A stretch of DNA of 32,000 nucleotides from Flavobacteriaceae bacterium (GTDB lineage: Bacteria > Bacteroidota > Bacteroidia > Flavobacteriales > Flavobacteriaceae): positions 750,001 through 782,000 of the forward strand of contig OZ245049.1 of the NCBI GenBank assembly GCA_965224465.1. Direction: 5' to 3'. Positions 1 through 7,200 of this stretch are shown piece by piece (positions within the stretch are counted from its first letter, which is position 1; each line of letters opens with the position of its first letter). The notes below the pieces were generated by a model. The model worked only from the letters and a program-made list of their open reading frames with translations. It was not told the origin of the DNA and did no database searches. The position numbers were made by a program, and so were the translations under genes.

Positions 1-1681
1 AGTACTGGTGGTTTTGCTTTGGAATCTCCGCTATCGGTTATTATATAGTCCTCTCCTCCAGACAATTCTACAATAGGTGCACCGCCTTTTCCTACTAATA
101 ATATATCTCCGTTGCTTGGGTCTACTAGGATTTCTGCTATTTGGAAGTTGACTTCGCTGGTATTTACTTGTCCATCACCTCCATTAAATAGATCCCCTGT
201 ACCCTTTACACTACTCCATGTAGGATCGTAGGTAGTTTTAACGACTCCTTCATACAATTCGTAATCCGTATTTATTTTAATTCCTTTAAACTCTACCGCT
301 ATTTTGGTATCTGCTAAATAAGGAACTACAATATATCCCGTTCCAGAAAAAGTACCATTTCCTCCTTGTTTCTGTTTTACTGTCACAGGGAAATCTCCTG
401 CCGTAAATGTTTCGTTCACGCCAATATTTGCCAATGGCTTAGTGTTGGTAATTTCAATTTCGGGGATAATACCACAGCTATAACTCACCGTTTCGTCCTT
501 GGTAGGCATGGTAAACTGGTTTACATTGCTGTAAGTAAACGCTTGGTTTAAATCCGTTATCTCATGGCAAGTACCACCCACTCTAAAATCGTAGGTAACT
601 CCTGCTTGTAAATTTGATACTTGGGCTTGGTTGTTATAAGAAAATATTTCGAACCATTCGGCATCGGCTACATCGGCACGTTTGTATTGTAAATGATACC
701 TGTTGTGATCTGGATGTGTTTTCCAACTTATTTTCACACGCCCTGTATTTAGCGGTTCTGCCAAAGTCATGGTGGGTGGATAACACTGATTTGTATAGGT
801 AAAATAAAATATTTCGCTATACCCATTGTTCTTAAAAACCGAGTTTTCGCTCAATCCTGTTGTAGATTTTGCGCGTACTCGCCAAGCATAGGTACGCCCT
901 GGCATTAATGGAGGCTTGCTTATGTTGTACGATATGGTAGTGGAATAGGTAGTCTCCGAATGATAAGGAGGCGCTGCTAAAAATCCTGCTTGAGGATCTA
1001 TCTGCGTATCCCAAAGCTCACGCAGTTCAAACTCATAACTTACACCACTCGCATTGGCATGCCGTGGTGTCCATTGAAAAGTAATGTTGGTGGGTTGTAT
1101 ATTAGTCAATTGATCCCCTCGGTTGGGAATATTTAAAAAAGGAGGATCGTTTAACAGTAAAAAGATATTAGAACAGCCTCCCATTTTAGGATTGGAGATG
1201 CGTTGTCCTGATAAAAAATCGTAGACTTCCCAACATATTTTGTAGCGTCCATCAGGTAGTGGTCTGTTGTATTGTTGTGGACTAATGCCTATTAAATTAT
1301 GTAACTGAAAATAGGCTGCTAAATCTATGTTTGTAAATTGTTGTGTACTTTTCCCATTGAGGTAAATAAAAGGTGCTCCTTGTACAAAATTTACAGATTG
1401 TATATTGAGTCCCTGTCCTTGTATTTTTAATTTTAAGCGTATTTGACGGTTGCTAATATTGGCATCGTTCATGGTCAAATACAGCCGTAATTTTACAGCA
1501 GACGTTGTTGCATAACTGTTTAGTTTTGTGTTATAAGGGGGGACTATATTTTGACTTACTTGTACTGGGTGGAGTTGGGCCTGTGTAAGTTGGCAGGTTA
1601 GCAATAGGCAGAATGCAGTTAGCAGTTTTGCGGTGACAGTAGGCAGTTTTGCAGTTGGCAGTAGGCAGTTGAGCATCTTTG
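1..1681. repeat. Copy 1 of a 1.68-kb direct repeat (partner 16311..17970)
   Basis: Line-by-line comparison at offset 16310. nt 91-1631 differ from the partner at 6 positions (166, 354, 455, 510, 791, 889). nt 1-90 differ at 9 positions. A 21-nt insertion (1632-1652) is present only in this copy. Similarity becomes degenerate beyond ~1681. Confidence 0.97.
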
Positions 1682-1901
1682 CGGTTAGAATAGGCAGTTG
1701 CTCTTTGTTGCGGTTATTTGCAGTAGGCGGAATGCAGTTGAGCAACTTTGCGGCAAAAGAAATTAAATATGTTGTACCATTTTTAAAGTTAGAATTTGGT
1801 TTTTTTTCACAACAGTGAGTACTGCCTACTGCCAATTTTAACCTCAACAATGCTCCTGCGTACTGCTTACTGAAAACTGCATACTCTATAAACTTTTTCA
1901 T
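1..1901 (-). CDS. 5' part (N-terminal ~560-630 aa) of a second giant FN3-rich polymorphic-toxin-like protein, paralog of 12362..18241. The gene continues beyond the left window edge.
   Basis: Absent from the ORF track only because it has no stop inside the window. nt 1-1681 are a near-identical copy of 16311-17970, which lies inside the 1959-aa ORF, so the same frame is open. My hand translation of 1677-1901 found no in-frame stop. Candidate starts are ATG at 1901 (overlaps the TGA of the upstream four-helix-bundle remnant as ATGA) and ATG at 1676 (MLNCLLPTAKLPTVTAKLLTAFCLLLTCQLTQAQ, signal-peptide-like). Confidence 0.75.
   Translation of the reverse strand, partial: MKKFIEYAVFSKQYAGALLRLKLAVGSTHCCEKKPNSNFKNGTTYLISFAAKLLNCIPPTANNRNKEQLPILTAKMLNCLLPTAKLPTVTAKLLTAFCLLLTCQLTQAQLHPVQVSQNIVPPYNTKLNSYATTSAVKLRLYLTMNDANISNRQIRLKLKIQGQGLNIQSVNFVQGAPFIYLNGKSTQQFTNIDLAAYFQLHNLIGISPQQYNRPLPDGRYKICWEVYDFLSGQRISNPKMGGCSNIFLLLNDPPFLNIPNRGDQLTNIQPTNITFQWTPRHANASGVSYEFELRELWDTQIDPQAGFLAAPPYHSETTYSTTISYNISKPPLMPGRTYAWRVRAKSTTGLSENSVFKNNGYSEIFYFTYTNQCYPPTMTLAEPLNTGRVKISWKTHPDHNRYHLQYKRADVADAEWFEIFSYNNQAQVSNLQAGVTYDFRVGGTCHEITDLNQAFTYSNVNQFTMPTKDETVSYSCGIIPEIEITNTKPLANIGVNETFTAGDFPVTVKQKQGGNGTFSGTGYIVVPYLADTKIAVEFKGIKINTDYELYEGVVKTTYDPTWSSVKGTGDLFNGGDGQVNTSEVNFQIAEILVDPSNGDILLVGKGGAPIVELSGGEDYIITDSGDSKAKPPV
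1600..1897. repeat. Short GCAGTWG/CTGCCTAC-type repeat field with a 13-bp perfect inverted repeat, at the 5' end of toxin paralog 1
   Basis: G-rich orientation at 1600-1760 (gcagaatgcagttagcagttttgcggtgacagtaggcagttttgcagttggcagtaggcagttgagc) and C-rich orientation at 1821-1897 (actgcctactgcc...ctgcgtactgcttactgaaaactgcatact). ggcagtaggcagt (1657-1669) is the exact reverse complement of actgcctactgcc (1821-1833). Confidence 0.9.
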
Positions 1902-2342
1902 TTAGTACTGTATTTATTCTGGTTTTTAATCATGTAACCTAGGAGCTTTCCAACTTCTTCGGATTTATTATGTAATTCTTCTTTTATTTCTTTTGTTATG
2001 TAATTACAAAGCAAAGTCAAGCCAAACTTGCGTTTTATCTGCTTCTTTTATTTTTTTAGGGGTCAGATAGCATACGCTTATTTCATTTACAGAATAATTT
2101 AAACAAGTAGATTGGCTCAGTTCACTATTTTCCATATCGGCATCGGATAATTTTGTAATAAAATGTTTTGGATACAATCGTTTTCTATATCCCTCCGCTA
2201 AATTAGCACAAACAGACCGAGAACTACGACGTATTTGATCCGTTAACGAATACCGCTCTTCTTTTGGAAATGATTTTGTGTTTTCAAAAATATTCATTGC
2301 CAATTCAAATGCTATTTTATATGCCGTTAATTGTTTATACAT
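1898..2342 (-). pseudogene. Four-helix-bundle protein gene (TIGR02436 / PF05635 23S rRNA intervening-sequence protein, Avd-like family), apparently disrupted by an 87-nt in-frame insertion and a frameshift
   Basis: The ORF 2004..2342 translates MYKQLTAYKIAFELAMNIFENTKSFPKEERYSLTDQIRRSSRSVCANLAEGYRKRLYPKHFITKLSDADMENSE...TQVWLDFAL*. From memory, the family reads ...SDADMENSETQVWLDFAL.C.YI... without a break. Here 29 aa (LSQSTCLNYSVNEISVCYLTPKKIKEADK) separate ENSE from TQVW. After the TAA at 2004 the expected C-terminus continues in another frame (YITKEIKEELHNKSEEVGKLLGYMIKNQNKYSTK*) and ends at the TGA at 1898-1900. Confidence 0.6.
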
Positions 2343-2390
2343 TCTTATTTTCTATAACTTTATATGAACTAGATATTGCCTAATTATCCG

Positions 2391-2502
2391 TAACAATACT
2401 CCTTTCTACTGTAAACTACCTACTCTAAAGACAACAATGCTAAAACTGCCTACGCTATCCGCAACAACTTTCCTGCCTACCGCCTACTGCCTACTACCTA
2501 CT
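2391..2502. repeat. CTGCCTAC-type repeat module upstream of the four-helix-bundle pseudogene
   Basis: taacaatactcctttctactgtaaactacctactctaaagacaacaatgctaaaactgcctac (2391-2453) recurs at 2748-2810 with ~6 mismatches in 63 nt. It is followed by ctgcctaccgcctactgcctactacctact. A related module (tatagacatcagtgctaaaaccgcatactgcatac) sits at ~18110-18155. Confidence 0.85.
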
Positions 2503-2510
2503 AAAAACCT

Positions 2511-2590
2511 TGCGTTAGGGATAGCAGCGGCATCCTTTTTTGTTTTTTACAAAAAAGATATAGCGAATAGCCCGACCCTTGGGGAACGCC
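2511..2590. repeat. GC-rich imperfect palindromic element centred on ttttttgttttttacaaaaaa
   Basis: tgcgttagggatagcagcggcatcc-ttttttgttttttacaaaaaa-gatatagcgaatagcccgacccttggggaacgcc. This is a local GC island in an AT-rich spacer with arms that are only loosely complementary. It sits exactly where the second four-helix-bundle fragment breaks off. Confidence 0.45.
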
Positions 2591-2619
2591 CAAAATTATA
2601 TTTATTCTGAAATTGTTAT

Positions 2620-2704
2620 TCATTCTCTTAGACGTTTTGATTCCATAAATGACTTTGTAACTTCAATAAAATTCTATTGCCAATACAACTACTTTTTTAT
2701 ACAT
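2620..2704 (-). pseudogene. Degraded 5' fragment of a second four-helix-bundle gene
   Basis: The minus strand reads ATG-YKKVVVLAIEFY* (2704..2663). One frame over it reads EVTKSFMESKRLRE* (2664..2620). Compare MYKQLTAYKIAFELAMNIFENTKSFPKEERYSL in the neighbouring copy. It is preceded by the same 63-nt module at the same spacing (~45 nt). Confidence 0.35.
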
Positions 2705-2740
2705 TTTTTCTTCTTTATTTTTTATAGCGATTTACTACGC

Positions 2741-2818
2741 TACCTGCAACAATACTCCTGCCTACAGTAAACTACCTACTCTAAAGACAACAGTGCTAAA
2801 ACTGCCTACCACCTACTA
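2741..2818. repeat. Second copy of the CTGCCTAC-type repeat module
   Basis: gcaacaatactcctgcctacagtaaactacctactctaaagacaacagtgctaaaactgcctaccacctacta. This is ~90% identical over 63 nt to 2391-2453, in the same orientation, 357 nt away. Confidence 0.85.
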
Positions 2819-2820
2819 AA

Positions 2821-4203
2821 TCATTCCTTCATCACCTTCACATCACAAATAACATAAGCACCATCACCAGCATCCACATAGTCTTTTATTTTAATAGCTC
2901 CTTTACGTCCGTCCTGTGTTTCAAACAGTATGATTCTAGGAACTACACTGTTATCGAATTGCAGTAATCCATTGTTTGTTTCTATTATATTTAATACTTT
3001 TAACAGGGTATCATCTATAATACTGTCAAATTCTGCTACAGACAAACTAGCTTCACATTCACAAATTTCTTGTGCGTTGATAAATTTGGTATGGGTGGCA
3101 TTTGGAATGGCGATAAACCCATTTGTTGCTACCTCATCAGGGCTTACAAATTTATTAAAACTAAAGTTCTTATTCAAACCAAAAAAGGCAATATCTATTG
3201 CTGACCCATTTTCTTCTGTTACCTGGTTGGCGGTAAAAATTGTTCTTAATTGTGTAGAGAAGAAAGCTCCTTTAGCATTGGTATTATGTGCATTATTGAT
3301 CCCTAGTTCTATATTAGAAAATGTACGTATGTTTGAATTTGGACGAATGGTTATGGATTTTGTTAGGGTATGCGTTTGTTTTCCATTCCCTGCTTTTAAT
3401 GCTATGGTATAAGTGCCAGGTGTATTAAAAGTTACGGACGGCGTTTTCTCTGTACTTATTTCAGGTGAACCGCTTGGAAGTGTCCATTGAAAAGAGGTCG
3501 CACTGATAGAACTATTGGTCATAGTAATGGTAACAGGAGCTTGATAATCATCGTCAGAAAAGGCAACTTCCCAATCAAAAACTGCTTCGATAGCTGGCGC
3601 CACCGCAATGCTTTTTTCTTCTGAAAACGATTCAAACCCATTGGATACTTTTAAGGAAATTAGATGTTCACCGGGGCTTTCGAAAAACACAGTTGAAGGA
3701 TGTTTTTTTGTTGACGTTGCTGGTGTTCCTCCTTCAAATACCCATGTATATATTAAGCCTTCTCCACCAGTAGTATTTATTATTTTTACTTCCATAGGAG
3801 CATAATTACTGTCAATTATTTCTGTAGAGAAACCAATTGAGATTCCTTCCACCACGGTAATTTCTTGCTCCATACTGTCCGTACTTCCATCTACATTTGA
3901 CACTTTTAAAGTTATGGTATAGCTACCTGCTTTGTTGTATACAATATCTCCTGGATTTTTATCAGAGCTACTAGAAGGTTCTGCTCCTTTAAACGTCCAT
4001 TCAAAAACATCTGCATCAACACTTTGATTGGTGATGGCTATTGTAACAGGAACAGATTTGTCTTCGTTAACAATTAAAATTTTAAAAGCAGCTGTAACAG
4101 GAATTGCCGTTTCTTTATAACAACTGAAACAAAACGATACTAACATTCCCAATAGAATGCTACTTTTTACGATGTTTATATTTAATTTTTTAGTTCCTAT
4201 CAT
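2821..4203 (-). CDS. PKD-domain lipoprotein (three PKD-like repeats plus an unknown ~170-aa C-terminal domain)
   Basis: 460-aa ORF with a lipoprotein-type signal (LLGMLVSFCFSC-YKE). Three repeats carry the PKD-like signature: FEWTFKGAEPSSSSDKNPGDIVYNKAGSYTITLKVSNVDGS, YTWVFEGGTPATSTKKHPSTVFFESPGEHLISLKVSN and FQWTLPSGSPEISTEKTPSVTFNTPGTYTIALKAGN. The ATG overlaps the upstream stop (TAATG at 4201-4205). Confidence 0.85.
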   Translation of the reverse strand: MIGTKKLNINIVKSSILLGMLVSFCFSCYKETAIPVTAAFKILIVNEDKSVPVTIAITNQSVDADVFEWTFKGAEPSSSSDKNPGDIVYNKAGSYTITLKVSNVDGSTDSMEQEITVVEGISIGFSTEIIDSNYAPMEVKIINTTGGEGLIYTWVFEGGTPATSTKKHPSTVFFESPGEHLISLKVSNGFESFSEEKSIAVAPAIEAVFDWEVAFSDDDYQAPVTITMTNSSISATSFQWTLPSGSPEISTEKTPSVTFNTPGTYTIALKAGNGKQTHTLTKSITIRPNSNIRTFSNIELGINNAHNTNAKGAFFSTQLRTIFTANQVTEENGSAIDIAFFGLNKNFSFNKFVSPDEVATNGFIAIPNATHTKFINAQEICECEASLSVAEFDSIIDDTLLKVLNIIETNNGLLQFDNSVVPRIILFETQDGRKGAIKIKDYVDAGDGAYVICDVKVMKE

Positions 4204-7200
4204 TACTTTATTATCATTCGTTTAATACGTGTTTCTTTGGCAGTTTCTAGCACCACAAAGTAGGTTCCTGTTGCTAAATTTAAGCTCATTGATATTTTAT
4301 ATTCTTCTGCTGACGCAAGGTTTGGTTGGGCAAAAATAAAGCTTCCTTGGATGGAAAACACCCGAACGGCAATTTGACTTGATTCTGCTAAATTTATATA
4401 CAATTCAAACTGACCATTATTTGGATTCGGACTTAGGGTAAATTCTTCAATAAAAGGATTGTTGGTATCTCCTGGACTTGGCAAGCCACTATGTTCTTCA
4501 ACAACAATATTTTTATACTGTTCTTCGTAGCATGCTCCTTGGGTTGAAATTAATCCTAGTTCGTAAGTCGCAACTTTTGGAAAACGCAGCGTAATGGACA
4601 GGTCACTTTTTTCTATAATGGCGACTTCCTTTGGGATGATCCATTTAGAAGATGCCCCTTTTGGACTACTAACATTAAATACAATTACATCTTGATTTAC
4701 ATAAGCTTGAGAGGAGAGTAAAAACTCCGAATCAATAATTGTATCATTATATAAAAAAGTAATACTATCGCTAGCTGTACATCCAAGTGCAGAAATTACC
4801 GTGACTTGGTACGTACCTGCTTTTGAGATTGTAATTGAAGGCGTTGTTGCCGAAAAACCGTTATCAGAGGTCCAACTATAGGTGGCATTTTTATCAGATA
4901 TACTTCCATCTACTTCATGTGTTTGGTCTTTACACAATGTTCTGTCGGCACCTAAATCAATGGTGATTTTGGTTGGATGCACGAGTATTATTTCTTTAAA
5001 AGCCTTACACCCATTGCCATCTATTAAAGAGAAGGTGTACGTACCTTGACTAAGGCCCTTAATATCCGTAACTGTTTCTCCAGTATTCCATGCAATGGTA
5101 TAGGGAGGAACTCCGCCCGACAAAGCCAATTCGATACTGCCATCATTCCCTTGAAAACAAGTTGGATGCTTTTCTTTTAAAACCGTTATTTGTAATCCTC
5201 CAGGTTGCGCTATCCCAATATTCCCTGTTACTTGACAGCCACGAGCATCGGTAATAAAAACCAGATAATTTCCTGCGATTAGATTGTTTGCCGTTGCTGT
5301 ATCTTGCCCATTAGACCATTCAATTTTATAGGGAGGAATACCTCCAGTAATTGTTACTGTTGCTGTGGCATTATCTCCTGTATCACAAGAAATTTCAGTT
5401 TTTGACAATGCAACTTCTAGGAGTTCGGGTTCCTGAAAGTAATATATCAGATCCGTTGGGTTTATTAATTGTAAACTTTTATACACTCCAATTACGACTC
5501 CACGACTATCTGCTACATTTAATGCATATTTACCATGAGATAATCCCATAGCTGTATTTGTATTTTGATTTAAGTCCTCAAAATCACCATTTTTATTTTC
5601 TTTTTTCCAATAGTACATATAAGGTTGTCCCTCAGTAAATGGCACCCCTCCCGTAACAGTAACGTGCAACGCTCCGTCAGAAAAAGGATTGTTAAAACTA
5701 TTGTCTCCGTGGCAAGAAATAGGCTTGTGTACACTTAATATAGCTTCTATTGGATCGTATAACATAAATACATTATCCGCTATAGTACAACCATCGCCTG
5801 TGTTTGCAAGAGAGGAATTGGCATCTTCTATGGTTAAATAATACGCACCTTTTGGTAGCTTATTCAAACGTATTTGAAATATCCCATTTACGATACCTGT
5901 AGTTGTTTGTGCATTCAAAATTCCACCGTTGGCATCTTGCCAATAATACGTATAACTTCCATTTTTAAAATCGGTTCCCCCCGTAATTTGGGCTACGATC
6001 CATCCGTCAGAGGCTCCACCTATAGATGGAGTTTCAAACGCCGTATATTTTATAGATATGGACGCTGTTGGCTGGTTTATTTGAATACTTCCTGTAGTAT
6101 GACAGCCACTGCTATCACTAACAGCAACCTCATACACGCCCTGATTTAGATTGGAGATTTGTTCTGTAACACCCCCATTAGACCATAAAACAGTATAGGG
6201 AGGTTTTCCTCCAGAAACAATTATTTTCGCCCAAGCATCGCTGCCGTTGAAGCAATACACATCTTGTTTTTCTATGCTCAGTTCAAGTAGGGAGGGCTCT
6301 TTAAAGAGATAGAGAACATCCGTAGCATTTACAAGTAGGTTGTTCTGATAAACACCAATTATAATTCCATTGGCATCCTCAATATTAACCGCATAATTCC
6401 CTGCATCCAAGTTGTTGGCTATATTGGTAGTTTGTGTAGTTAATACCGTCCAAACACCAGGGTTAATTTCTTTTTTCCATGTGTAATAATACGCCAACCC
6501 ATTGTTATCTGTAGGTTGTAAATGTACACCTCCTTCTGCAATAACTTCCAATACACCATCGGCAAAAGGATCTTCATAAGTATTGGCACTATTACATGAT
6601 ATTGGTTGTTGTAATTCTATTCTTGCCATTAGTGGTGCAGGTTCAAAAATCTCATAGTCACTACTAACAATGGTACAGTTTGTCTTATTAATTGCTACGG
6701 AGTAATTCTTATCTTCAATAGTTAAGTCATACACACCTTTACCCAGATTATTGAGAGTTATCACATAACTTGTTGCATGGACAGTTTCGGTTACTTTTGC
6801 ATTCAAATTAGCACCATTGGTATCTTTCCAATGATACTTGTACTTCCCAGAATCCATGGAGGTCCCTCCTGTTATTGTCGCTTCAATCCAGCCATTGGTT
6901 GCCCCTGTATATGTGGGTGCAAAAAAAGCAGTATAGTTAATTACTAAAGGATTTTCTGGTTCCTTAATTGTGATGTTTGCTTGAGCTTGACAACCTTTTA
7001 TATCGGTAACATCAATTGTATAAGTCCCCGCTACTAAGGTGTCGATATCTTCTGTACTAGCACCATTAGTCCATAAAATTGTATAATCCCCAGTCCCTCC
7101 TGTAATGGTGGCGTTAATACTCCCATCATTTCCTGCATTACAAAACACATCTACTTTTGTGAATGTTATTTGTAGCAGTTCCGGTTGTGTAAGTGTATAT

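Noticed and set aside
2579-2770. 63-aa plus-strand ORF in the spacer between the four-helix-bundle pseudogene and the PKD gene.
   Set aside because: The translation is poly-F/Y/I junk (FFIHFFFFIFYSDLL). The ORF spans a GC-rich palindrome, an antisense four-helix-bundle fragment and a repeat module, so the region is better explained by those features.
1600-2820. CRISPR array or other regularly spaced repeat array, suggested by the many ctgcctac/gcagtag motifs.
   Set aside because: The units are 7-8 nt, degenerate and contiguous, or belong to ~63-nt modules 357 nt apart. There are no 25-40-nt identical repeats separated by unique spacers of similar length, and there are no cas genes.
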